Notes: generated by a model not told the origin, from the sequence alone. Shown: positions 1-8,821, counted from the stretch's first letter. The stretch: 32,000 nucleotides of DNA from Candidatus Heimdallarchaeota archaeon (GCA_030668875.1 DAOVER010000004.1:30001-62000); one strand, 5' to 3'. A program made the numbers and translations.

Positions 1-951
1 TATCATCCTGAGTCACTAGGTTTAGAAAGTCACATATTTCTCTTGCGTGTAGATTCAATTGATAAATATAGAATCGTAGAAAGAATTGTTGATTATCACC
101 CATATCTAGTAGTTAGACAGCGATGCTATGGTGGTATAACAGGAATATTTCTAAAAGTACATATCCCTATAGGTTCAATAAATAAATTTCTTGAATTTCT
201 CAATTACATTAAAGATAACAACCTTATTGCTGAGGTTGTACATTCAACAACAATAGGAACGGGTATTAAAACTCATAGTGATCTTACATATTGGGAACCC
301 ACCACTGGTAAATGGTTCTTCAATTGGGATATCTGGAAGAAAAATATTGACAGCGTTGATTATATTCCTCAGTTTGACTATTTTCAAAGAATAGCTAGAG
401 AAAAACCTAAGAACGTTCTAAGCCACCTGAAATATCTTGATTTTCTTTTACTGCAGGAGCTTGTTCGTGATCCTACACAGAAATATGCAGATTTATCAAA
501 ACAGCTAGGAACACCGCAATACACAATTTCTCGTCGAAAGAAATTTTTGAACAAATATGTTATCCGAAATTATCTTGTAGACGTTGATAGATCGTTCTTT
601 GGGCTCGAAGATGAGTTAGTTTTCAAAGTTATATGTAGTCAACGTGCGATGACAAAGGTCATTTATCTGATTAAGAATCTTCCCCTTCCTTTTGTATCGG
701 ATTTTCGTCATACTGAAAAGGGCTTTCTCTGGAAAATGCTTCTTCCTCCTAAGGACAAATTGGAACTAATTAACCTTCTTTGGTCACTATTTCCTGATCT
801 ACAAATAATGATGCTTGATCCTCAAACAACTGTTACAAAACCATTTAATCCCAATAATTATTCATTTATTGAACAATCTTGGAAGGATTCAGTTGAATAT
901 ATGATTGAACAATCATTAGATAAAGCTCGTGGTGAATTAATACTTGCATGA
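1..951 (+). CDS. Lrp/AsnC-like winged-helix transcriptional regulator with tandem domains, 5'-truncated by the window edge
   Basis: Frame is open from base 1 (YHPESLGLESHIFLL...) upstream of the TTG at 43. HTH-like segment LQELVRDPTQKYADLSKQLGTPQYTISRRKKFL is followed by DRSFFGLE, echoing the N-terminal HPESLGLE. Confidence 0.6.
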   Translation, partial: YHPESLGLESHIFLLRVDSIDKYRIVERIVDYHPYLVVRQRCYGGITGIFLKVHIPIGSINKFLEFLNYIKDNNLIAEVVHSTTIGTGIKTHSDLTYWEPTTGKWFFNWDIWKKNIDSVDYIPQFDYFQRIAREKPKNVLSHLKYLDFLLLQELVRDPTQKYADLSKQLGTPQYTISRRKKFLNKYVIRNYLVDVDRSFFGLEDELVFKVICSQRAMTKVIYLIKNLPLPFVSDFRHTEKGFLWKMLLPPKDKLELINLLWSLFPDLQIMMLDPQTTVTKPFNPNNYSFIEQSWKDSVEYMIEQSLDKARGELILA

Positions 952-995
952 GTTTGCTCGTTTAGAAAAGAAGTTTAGTGCCATCTGTTTGGCAT

Positions 996-3900
996 TTAGA
1001 CTATTGCTCGAAGCTCATGAACTATGTCATGCTTCATCTGTTTTCTGATTGGACTAATTATTCCTAATACAGCTGCAATTATCAAAGTAACAATCATAAT
1101 AAGTAGAGAGACTACGTCAATGTGTAATGTCATAACCACAACTTCTTGAGATATGAGTAAAGGCTTCAGGAAACTCATTCCCATTAACGTTGTAATAATA
1201 CCTAAGGGTATACCAACTATTATTGTAGCTAAAATGAATATTGATATCTCGTAGATAAGCTGCTTTCTTATATTACTCTGTCTTCCACCTAATGCCATCA
1301 AAACTGCATATTCCCTTCTTCTTTGTTCTAATATGAACTCGGTTGAGATTACAACATACACAATTGCTATGATGTTAACGAAAATTGCTCCAATCAACAA
1401 TACTACAGTAATTGGTGGAATATATCCTGTTATGAAATAGCCAATATAGTCGGGGTTAATTTTCTCTGGATTTACGTTAAACAGAGGATTAAGAACCCTT
1501 ATTTGTTCAGCAATAACTTCAACATCTGCACCATCACTCACATCTGCAAGGAAAAGCGTGCCATTCTCCACACCTAATCCAGTAATAAGTTCCTTGTTTA
1601 CAAGTACCCACTCGTTCGTGATTCTGTTCATTTTAGGATCATGTCCGTGTGCAATCCCTAAACCTGGTGCTGATTCAATAACAGCAGATACATTGAATCG
1701 CATGTAGAATGGCCCTCCTCTAAAATCTGTTACAAACATAGTTTTTCCTACAGAGAAACCAAGTCTTTCGGCTATATATTTACTCAGAATAATCCCTGTT
1801 TGATTCGCTCCTAAATCTGTTAAAGCGTTATCAGCATTAGTTTCTGGGAAACTCTCATCTATCCATCTACCTATATCCAAATAATCTGGTGCATTTATGC
1901 CGAAAACCTCGACATTTTGATAGCCGATTGAGGCTACAATTGAATAGAACCCTAATGTTTTTTCAATTCCAGGGATGCTGCTAATCTTCTCTTCGTATTC
2001 TGAAATATTGACTGGAAGGATGCTTTGGATTCTTATATCCGCTCCTTTTCTATAAACATCTTCTGCTTCGAGATTGTGGATAGTTGTTGATCTTATCATG
2101 ATAGAAGAACTCAACAAACATACCATTAACACTAAAAAGAAAGTCAGATCAGCTAGGCTTTTTCTTGTCCTTTTGATATTTCGAAATATAAAAAAACTTT
2201 TTCCTCTAAATGTTCGATTATAAATTTTTTCGATGCTTTTTAGTATATAATTTACTCCTAAAGATGCAAAGTAACATGCATAGAAAGCAACCATTCTAAT
2301 GAAAAAATCGAAGAAAGCTAATACAAATAACCCTTGTCTTGTCCTTTTGATATCTTGAAGTGCGACGTAACTTTTTCTTGTCTTTTCGATATCTAGAAAT
2401 GTAATGTAACTTTTTCTTGTCCCTTTGATATTTCGAAATGTGACGTAACTTTTTCTTCTAAATATTCGTTTAAAGATACCTTCGATGCTTTTTAGTATAT
2501 AATTTACTCCTAAAGATGCAAAGTAACATCCAAAGAAAACAACTCCAATAAAAACATAGAGTGTCTTGGAACTGGCTGATATTAGATTGAAGCCGAATGT
2601 GTAACTTTCTCCTGCTAAGGATACATAGTCTAAATATAAAAATATAAAACCAGCAATAGTTAAAGCAAATGCAGCTAGTTTCATACTTAAACCAACAATC
2701 TGTTGTCCCTTTCTAGTTATCAAAAATGATTCTTGAATGTCTTTTCTAACATAAGAAATTACATTGATTAGTGTAACCCCTAGGTATACCCCCAATACTA
2801 GAACCGAAAAGATTTCTATCTCATACGGAGAAATCTCCAAGTACTGGAAATATCTCAGAAAGAGTGTTGTGCTAAAGAATCCATCGTGTCCAAATGATGG
2901 AACAAGAGCAGCTATTAATATCCCAAAACCTATGCTTAAAACAAGAGAAACGCTACTTATAAGAATGAATTCACCGAAGAAGAGACCAACAATCTGTCCG
3001 CTTGATGCACCTCTCGATCTTAGAAACGCAATCTCTTCTCTTCTTCTCTTAATTGTAATTTGTGTAGATAAAACTGTTAGAAATATTGCTGATGCAATGG
3101 TAGGTAAGAATAATGAAGTAGCACTAAAAGACCTTCGGTACTCATCTGCCATCGTTTGGATCTCTTGAGAAATAATGTAACAAAATGAATGGAAAAACCT
3201 GATCTCTATTCTCTCTTTTAGAGCAAGGAGATTATCTGGCATCTGAGTGATGCCGCCCTCCCTTAATAACTGTGCATTGGTTTTTATTAGTAATCTAGGT
3301 AGTATTCCGTTACTATCCATTACGAATAAATCTACTCCAGTCATATCTTCAGCTGGAAATAGTATTGAGTCAAGTATAATCCCACCTGCTCCCTCAGATC
3401 CTCCTCCAACTAGTCTTTCAACTATTGAATTATGTCCTACGTAATTATATATTCCTGAAATCGTATAATTTTCATAACTAGTTTCCTCAATATCAAAATA
3501 TTGCATTGTATGTTCTCCCTCATCTGTGTTTGGGATTCTACGGGTGATAGCTACATTGAGAACATATCCTGGAGAAATTGTTTCGTTATACACTTTTTCT
3601 AACTGTTTTGCTTGGGTATAACTAACAAGTATCTCGCCAGAATTTAGTGTCGCATTTCCTTCAATTTCCAGATTGAGTTTTATTCTATCAATTGAACGAG
3701 ATGAAACAACAAATGCTGATGAGAGTGATAATGGATTAGTCATATTATCTTGATTTTCCTCAGGATACCATCTATATGGCGGATCATCATCTTCAGGATC
3801 ATAAACTTTATCTTCATAATTAAACAGAGCTACGGTAGGAAATATCCAATCTGCTTGCTTAACCAATGGGTCATAGAAGACAAATTCGTAAACTTCATCC

Positions 3901-4175
3901 ATACGGTTTATCAAAAATGTTGAAATAAACATTTCATAATCTAAAGTTTCAATATAATCATCTGCTATGATTTTCTGTGATGTGTTTGTCCATATTGATG
4001 AAGTAAAGAGGATAGACATTGAAAAAACTAAACCAATAATAATAATGATGGTGCTTCTTTTTTTGTTCTTAATATTTTTCCAAATTAAGCGAAGATTAAA
4101 TAGAAAACCATAAAACACTCTTGAATAGAACGAACCTCCAGCATCTGAGCTTACAAAATCATCTTTTTCGTTCAT
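996..4175 (-). CDS. ABC transporter permease, MacB/FtsX (LolE-like) family, two fused repeats
   Basis: 1059 aa with a TM / large extracytoplasmic domain / TM-cluster layout present twice. FtsX motifs RRREEIAFLRSRGAS and QRRREYAVLMALGG. ATGA overlap with the ATPase gene. Confidence 0.85.
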   Translation of the reverse strand: MNEKDDFVSSDAGGSFYSRVFYGFLFNLRLIWKNIKNKKRSTIIIIIGLVFSMSILFTSSIWTNTSQKIIADDYIETLDYEMFISTFLINRMDEVYEFVFYDPLVKQADWIFPTVALFNYEDKVYDPEDDDPPYRWYPEENQDNMTNPLSLSSAFVVSSRSIDRIKLNLEIEGNATLNSGEILVSYTQAKQLEKVYNETISPGYVLNVAITRRIPNTDEGEHTMQYFDIEETSYENYTISGIYNYVGHNSIVERLVGGGSEGAGGIILDSILFPAEDMTGVDLFVMDSNGILPRLLIKTNAQLLREGGITQMPDNLLALKERIEIRFFHSFCYIISQEIQTMADEYRRSFSATSLFLPTIASAIFLTVLSTQITIKRRREEIAFLRSRGASSGQIVGLFFGEFILISSVSLVLSIGFGILIAALVPSFGHDGFFSTTLFLRYFQYLEISPYEIEIFSVLVLGVYLGVTLINVISYVRKDIQESFLITRKGQQIVGLSMKLAAFALTIAGFIFLYLDYVSLAGESYTFGFNLISASSKTLYVFIGVVFFGCYFASLGVNYILKSIEGIFKRIFRRKSYVTFRNIKGTRKSYITFLDIEKTRKSYVALQDIKRTRQGLFVLAFFDFFIRMVAFYACYFASLGVNYILKSIEKIYNRTFRGKSFFIFRNIKRTRKSLADLTFFLVLMVCLLSSSIMIRSTTIHNLEAEDVYRKGADIRIQSILPVNISEYEEKISSIPGIEKTLGFYSIVASIGYQNVEVFGINAPDYLDIGRWIDESFPETNADNALTDLGANQTGIILSKYIAERLGFSVGKTMFVTDFRGGPFYMRFNVSAVIESAPGLGIAHGHDPKMNRITNEWVLVNKELITGLGVENGTLFLADVSDGADVEVIAEQIRVLNPLFNVNPEKINPDYIGYFITGYIPPITVVLLIGAIFVNIIAIVYVVISTEFILEQRRREYAVLMALGGRQSNIRKQLIYEISIFILATIIVGIPLGIITTLMGMSFLKPLLISQEVVVMTLHIDVVSLLIMIVTLIIAAVLGIISPIRKQMKHDIVHELRAIV
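2164..2529. repeat. Diverged 114-nt direct repeat (2164-2277 and 2416-2529, offset 252 nt) inside the permease
   Basis: Identical 49-nt core ttcgatgctttttagtatataatttactcctaaagatgcaaagtaacat at 2229-2277 and 2481-2529. The protein repeats CYFASLGVNYILKSIE...FRNIK.TRKS. Confidence 0.95.
2338..2454. repeat. Three tandem 39-nt (13-codon) units; a fourth related unit lies at 2164-2202
   Basis: Units start at 2338, 2377 and 2416 with consensus cttgtcYYttYgatatYtNgaaRtgYRaYgtaacttttt. They encode RKSYVTFRNIKGT / RKSYITFLDIEKT / RKSYVALQDIKRT. Confidence 0.95.
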
Positions 4176-4924
4176 ATTTTATCGCCTTTGAATTTATACT
4201 TGAAGTTCTTCTCATCAAATTCTATATTATCAAAACTTGATTGACCATTTTCGACAACTAAACCATTTTGTATAAGAAAAATGCGTTTTGCTAGTTTAGT
4301 TACATAAGGGTCATGTGTAGTGTAAATAAACGTCATTTGACGTTGTTGAGCAATACCTAGTAGTAAATTTATAATTTCGTCACCAGCTTTACTATCCAAA
4401 GTTCCTGTAGGTTCATCGGCGATTAGAATCGATGGATAGTTTGCTATTGCTCTTGCTATGCATACTCTTTGTTTTTCCCCTGAACTCAATTCTTCTGGGT
4501 GGTTTATCGCTTTTTTACGCAAACCTACTTGCGTTAGTAGTTCCAATGCTCTTTCTTGTGCTTCATCCTCCGTTTTTTCTGCTAATATCATTGGCACCAT
4601 AATATTTTCTAGTGCTGTTAGATGTTCTAGTAAATAGAACTCTTGAAAAATGATACCCATTTCTTGCAATCGAAAATCATACAGCTGATTTAGTGTCCAC
4701 TCACCAATATTTGATCCACCGTACAAAACCCTTCCTGAAGTAGGTTCGTCTAGTCCTGCTATTATATTTAATGTGGTTGTTTTCCCTGATCCTGATATCC
4801 CTAATAGACAAATTACATCTCCCCTATTAATGTTAAAGCTTGTTCCCTGTAGAACTGTTAACTCCTCAGCTTTCGAAACAAATGTTTTTGTTAAATTTTC
4901 TACCGATATGATTTTTTTGCTCAT
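4172..4924 (-). CDS. ABC transporter ATP-binding protein (LolD/MacB-like)
   Basis: Walker A GISGSGKTT, Q-loop IFQEF, signature LSSGEKQR, Walker B ILADEPT, H-loop TTHD. Confidence 0.95.
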   Translation of the reverse strand: MSKKIISVENLTKTFVSKAEELTVLQGTSFNINRGDVICLLGISGSGKTTTLNIIAGLDEPTSGRVLYGGSNIGEWTLNQLYDFRLQEMGIIFQEFYLLEHLTALENIMVPMILAEKTEDEAQERALELLTQVGLRKKAINHPEELSSGEKQRVCIARAIANYPSILIADEPTGTLDSKAGDEIINLLLGIAQQRQMTFIYTTHDPYVTKLAKRIFLIQNGLVVENGQSSFDNIEFDEKNFKYKFKGDKI

Positions 4925-4969
4925 AAGCTTATCGTTCTTTCCGTTTAGATACTTAAATCATTTTGGTTT

Positions 4970-5125
4970 TTAGGAAAGTGCTGTAATTATATAATATCCA
5001 ATTACAATGAGTAGGAAAAACAACATTACCAACCCTACCTTTCCCCAATCACGGGAACCCTCATCATCTTCATATTCTTCTTCTTCTAAAACTTCCTCTT
5101 CTGTTTCGACTGTTTCCTCTGACAT
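4970..5125 (-). CDS. Small (51 aa) acidic protein with a C-terminal TM helix
   Basis: ATG at 5125 is preceded by GGAG. MSEETVETEEEVLEEEEYEDDEG is followed by one hydrophobic helix at the C-terminus. The longer 83-aa call has no obvious RBS. Confidence 0.6.
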   Translation of the reverse strand: MSEETVETEEEVLEEEEYEDDEGSRDWGKVGLVMLFFLLIVIGYYIITALS

Positions 5126-5225
5126 TGTAATTCTTTCTCCAGTATAGGATAATAAATCTTGTTTAATTTGTCTAAAAACAAGCTTATATTTTTTTCTAAT
5201 TCCCAAAAAGCTAAACAACACGTGC

Positions 5226-5705
5226 TTATTCCATATTGTTGAGATGTGTAGAAATTACTGATTTTGAAATATATATCTGTGAACCTGCGACTAAGGAAAG
5301 TAAAGTGGCATGACTTGGTATCATCTGAAATCTCTGAATTTCGTTAAATCCCTCTAAACGAATTTCTATAGAAGCTTGATAAGCTGTAGAATATGGAACG
5401 ATGGAATCAATGATCACTCGTTCTACAACACACAATTCTGGAATCAGTTCAGCAGCAGTCAATCTTGAATCCGCACTTTCAACACCATCTAGTTTCTTTG
5501 CGATTTCTATAGCTATAGAAACTGGTATATTTGTCATAAGAAAATTCTCTCCATTTTCCAATTCAAAATTAAGAAGCGGTATTTCTGCATAATGTTTACC
5601 TGTTGATTCTTCTTCTGATGAAAAGATATCTGGGCTTGCTGTTAACACATCAACGCGAATTACCTTTAGTAGTTCATCATCACTTGAGGAGAGATTATCT
5701 TCCAT
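5226..5705 (-). CDS. Bifunctional nuclease (DUF151/BFN) domain protein
   Basis: RLTAAELI...VERVIIDSI...YQASIEI...IPSHATLLSLVAGSQIYI follows the DUF151 pattern (RP.T.DL / V.I / FYA.L / RPSDA.ALA...PI). Confidence 0.6.
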   Translation of the reverse strand: MEDNLSSSDDELLKVIRVDVLTASPDIFSSEEESTGKHYAEIPLLNFELENGENFLMTNIPVSIAIEIAKKLDGVESADSRLTAAELIPELCVVERVIIDSIVPYSTAYQASIEIRLEGFNEIQRFQMIPSHATLLSLVAGSQIYISKSVISTHLNNME

Positions 5706-5866
5706 ACATTAACGGTTCTTTTTACCTTCAAAAACATTAACATAGTCTCCATGGTCACACTAGACGAGAAAGGATACTTAAGGAAAACAATTTAACGCCA
5801 GCTTCTAGACTGTATTCAAAGATATGATGAGATATTGTTTGTGATCATCTTTGAGCAGTTGATAAA

Positions 5867-6523
5867 ATGAATAAAAGAAAAATATCACCTAAACAACAGG
5901 AGACAGATAGGATTCAATCAATTTTAAAAATGTCTGTTACTGCAGCTCTTGCTAGTTTGGGTATCATTTTGTCTGCAATTGTTATCTTCTTTCCCAACAT
6001 CGAGTTTATCTCTGTTTCAATTTTTCTTATAGCTTTACTATTTGGAATTGAGTATGGTTTTCTAGCAGCAATATCTATAGCTGTAGTTTACGAGTTTTTA
6101 GTGATTCCAATTTATGGTTCTGGAGGATTCCTTATACTCTTCAAACTTCTCTGTTATATTGCCCTCGCCATAGTGGCTGGTTTGGGAAAGAAATTATTCG
6201 TAAAACTTTCTTTTTGGGAATTAGGTGTTTTTGGAGCAACTTTTGCTTTATTCTATGATGTGATTACAACTCTTTTCGGTCAGATTATTGTTCTTCAACA
6301 AAGTGTGACTCCAACTTATCTGATTAGTCTTCTTATTTGGGGTATACCTTTCACTCTATCTCATATGATTGGCAATTTTATTCTGTTTAGTTTGACTAAA
6401 ACTCTAATTAACTGGGTAGTTGCTGCTTTTCGATTTAGAGGGATAAAACTTTTGATGCTTCCACAGTTATCAGATTCAAGTGAGAATGTTAAAACAAATA
6501 ATGTCAAAGGAGACGTTGTATGA
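5867..6523 (+). CDS. ECF transporter S-component, CbrT-like (probably cobalamin)
   Basis: About 6 TM helices. PNIE near the N-terminus, FYD, and GIPFTLSHMIGN resemble CbrT (PN / GLPFD..HA.GN). Adjacent to a DUF4430 gene. Confidence 0.65.
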   Translation: MNKRKISPKQQETDRIQSILKMSVTAALASLGIILSAIVIFFPNIEFISVSIFLIALLFGIEYGFLAAISIAVVYEFLVIPIYGSGGFLILFKLLCYIALAIVAGLGKKLFVKLSFWELGVFGATFALFYDVITTLFGQIIVLQQSVTPTYLISLLIWGIPFTLSHMIGNFILFSLTKTLINWVVAAFRFRGIKLLMLPQLSDSSENVKTNNVKGDVV

Positions 6524-6939
6524 AAAAGTCTAAAACGTTTTTTTTGGTTATTGGTGTTCTTCTTTTAGCTATAATATCTTCTGCATTAACGTATTATATT
6601 ATTTACACTTCAAACCCCTCGTCTAACGGTGATATATCTGTGACAGTTATCATAAACTATGGCACTTTGATTGAAGATAATCAAGAAGAACATAACCTGA
6701 CGTTGACAGAAGGCATAACGGCATTATACGCTTTTTCACAAGTGGCTAATCTTGAGTTAGTCAACTACGCATTTGGAGTGTATGTTGTTGGAGTCAATGG
6801 TTATATGGAACAATTTCCTGACTATTGGTCCTTCTATTATTACGATTCCAGCTCTGAGTTGTGGGTATATTCTGAAGTAGGCGTGGACAATTATTACCTT
6901 GAAGATGGAAATAAGATTAAACTTGAGTACACGGGATAA
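6520..6939 (+). CDS. Membrane-anchored DUF4430 (transcobalamin C-terminal-like) protein
   Basis: N-terminal TM helix, then TALYAF...FGVYVVGVNG...YWSFYY...SEVGVDNYYLEDGNKIKLEY, the DUF4430 pattern. ATGA overlap with the S-component gene. Confidence 0.8.
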   Translation: MKKSKTFFLVIGVLLLAIISSALTYYIIYTSNPSSNGDISVTVIINYGTLIEDNQEEHNLTLTEGITALYAFSQVANLELVNYAFGVYVVGVNGYMEQFPDYWSFYYYDSSSELWVYSEVGVDNYYLEDGNKIKLEYTG

Positions 6940-6974
6940 ATCAAAAAACAATAAAAATTAAGGTGATTGGTCAA

Positions 6975-7883
6975 ATGAGTTTGAATGAAAAAACATCATT
7001 TCGTTTTCTTCTAATGACATATCAAACCAACCGTTCTCTTCTTCTAGTGCTGTTTCCATTTCTGATAATTAGCAATATAGTGGGGTGGATTTACAAATAT
7101 TATGAGATTATAACCATTGACCTATCGTTTTTTGTAGGAGGAGAGGGGGGCGTTTCATTCCAGATCATAGATGGAATAATTTTCGTTTCAGTGGCTGTAA
7201 TAGGTAGTGTACTCATCGTGTTAACGCTAAAATACAATTTAGAACGATTTTTGACAATACTTTTTTCAATAGGATTATTTCTTTCTCCTATCAGCATTCT
7301 GTGGCTTCATGGGTATTTGATTGACTTTTATTTACAAAATGGTCAATATTGGTTTGAAATATCATTTACTTTGGTTGGATTAATAACGGGGATTCTTACT
7401 TTATTGGTATTTGTGTTTAACAAGGGAAATAAATATTCTCGAAATTTCTTGGTTGTTTTTCTGGGCATTGTTCTGGGTTCTGTGTTTGGATTATTACTAT
7501 CCTTGGCTACATTTCTGACATTGATTACACTAATTTCCATATTTGACATTTACTCAGTTTTCAAAGGACCAATAAATAAGATGTTTCAGAAAGCAAATGT
7601 GCCCTATAGACCGATTCGCAATCCTCTTGTGAAAAAGGAAACCGCTATAGGCATTGGTGATTTTATCTTCTACTCTTCACTTGTTACATTTGCTGCAACA
7701 AATTTTGGATTAACAATAGGTTTTGTTTCTATAGCTGGTTTATTACTTGGAGTAGTTTTTACTGAGCGACTTTTGATGAGGTTTGGAAAATTTCCGGGAT
7801 TACCTTTGCCAATTTTTCTATCTCTCGCATTCTTAGGTTTTGGATGGTTGATATCAAATTATATTTCATCTTTTATCACTTGA
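6975..7883 (+). CDS. Presenilin-type GxGD intramembrane aspartyl protease (peptidase A22)
   Basis: Nine hydrophobic segments; ISIFDIYSVFKGP, IGIGDFIFYS and FPGLPLPI. AGGTGA at 6961-6966 is read as the RBS for the ATG at 6975 (the track starts at GTG 6963). Confidence 0.9.
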   Translation: MSLNEKTSFRFLLMTYQTNRSLLLVLFPFLIISNIVGWIYKYYEIITIDLSFFVGGEGGVSFQIIDGIIFVSVAVIGSVLIVLTLKYNLERFLTILFSIGLFLSPISILWLHGYLIDFYLQNGQYWFEISFTLVGLITGILTLLVFVFNKGNKYSRNFLVVFLGIVLGSVFGLLLSLATFLTLITLISIFDIYSVFKGPINKMFQKANVPYRPIRNPLVKKETAIGIGDFIFYSSLVTFAATNFGLTIGFVSIAGLLLGVVFTERLLMRFGKFPGLPLPIFLSLAFLGFGWLISNYISSFIT

Positions 7884-7921
7884 TGTTATTTGAAGTTAAA
7901 TAATTTGTAGTAACAAAAATC

Positions 7922-7934
7922 AAAAGGTTTAAAA
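7922..7934 (+). promoter_or_regulatory. BRE/TATA-like promoter of rps19
   Basis: AAAAGG-TTTAAAA about 35-45 nt upstream of the ATG. Similar AAAAGGTT elements occur near 17010 (tRNA) and 18907 (thiL). Confidence 0.55.
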
Positions 7935-7968
7935 TGAGTACTGAAGGAAATTAGCTCGGTCGAAAAAC

Positions 7969-8382
7969 ATGTCTTCACGCAAGTTTAGATACAGAGGATT
8001 TACTATAGAAGAATTGAAACAGAAAAGTATGGATGAGATACTAGAATTATTACCCGCAAGAAGAAGAAGGAATCTATCTCGTCAAGAATTCTGGACACCA
8101 AGAAGAAAGAAGCTATTAGAAGACATTAGAAGAGCTATGGAAGTTCAAGAAAAAGACGACAAAATTGTTGTAAGAACACATGTAAGAGACATGACTGTCT
8201 TACCAGAGATGGTTGGAGCAACAGTTGCGATTTACAATGGGAAGGAATACATAGAAATTCTAATTCAACCACAAATGATAGGACACGTATTTGGAGAGTT
8301 TAGTCCGACCACAAAAAAAGTAAATCATGGCTCACCTGGAATAGGGGCAACAAGATCATCATTATATGTTCCACTTAAATAA
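7969..8382 (+). CDS. rps19: 30S ribosomal protein uS19 (archaeal/eukaryotic type)
   Basis: FRYRG.T.EEL, RTHVRDMTVLPEMVG, YNGKEY, MIGHVFGEFSPT, HGSPGIGATRSSLYVPLK. Confidence 0.97.
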   Translation: MSSRKFRYRGFTIEELKQKSMDEILELLPARRRRNLSRQEFWTPRRKKLLEDIRRAMEVQEKDDKIVVRTHVRDMTVLPEMVGATVAIYNGKEYIEILIQPQMIGHVFGEFSPTTKKVNHGSPGIGATRSSLYVPLK

Positions 8383-8434
8383 CTTCTTTCTTTTCAACTG
8401 AAATTTTATAATATACCTTGTTTGTTTCTATCTT

Positions 8435-8821
8435 ATGAGTACTCCTCCTGAAGAAAATCATTTTTTAAAACCAGAAGAAACTAAAGCTTTTCAGAGACTA
8501 GAAAAAAATTTCACTATTGATTTACTTTGGATTTGGGTATTAAGGCTGCTGAGGGATGGACCAAAGTATGCTTATGAACTGCGTCAAACAATAGAAACTA
8601 AATTCGGTTTTAGTCCTGCAACAGTAACAAACTATACTATTCTTTACTTACTTGAACGAGAAGGTGTTGTAGAAAAAGTTGAGAAGAGAAATTCTTATGA
8701 ACGGATTGATCGTAAATATTATGCTATAACTGATTTAGGCGAAAAATTAATGGATAATGCGGAAATTTACTTGCGTACAACTGTCGATAAACTCTTTCCA
8801 AAAAGTGCTTCCAAGAAGTAA
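8435..8821 (+). CDS. PadR-family transcriptional regulator
   Basis: LRLLRDGPKYAYEL, YTILYLLEREGVV, RKYYAITDLGEK. Confidence 0.9.
   Translation: MSTPPEENHFLKPEETKAFQRLEKNFTIDLLWIWVLRLLRDGPKYAYELRQTIETKFGFSPATVTNYTILYLLEREGVVEKVEKRNSYERIDRKYYAITDLGEKLMDNAEIYLRTTVDKLFPKSASKK

Noticed and set aside
2338-2454. 39-nt repeats as a CRISPR array or DGR template/variable repeat
   Set aside because: Units are head-to-tail with no unique spacers and are in frame within a CDS. Differences are not adenine-specific, and no cas or reverse transcriptase gene is present.
2764-3444. Plus-strand ORFs 2764-3168 and 3247-3444
   Set aside because: Antisense shadows inside the permease with no motifs or RBS.
5706-5866. 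Cobalamin riboswitch upstream of the CbrT-like gene
   Set aside because: No B12-box or GGGAA..GGUG.AA.UCC core; the region is AT-rich with only one short hairpin.
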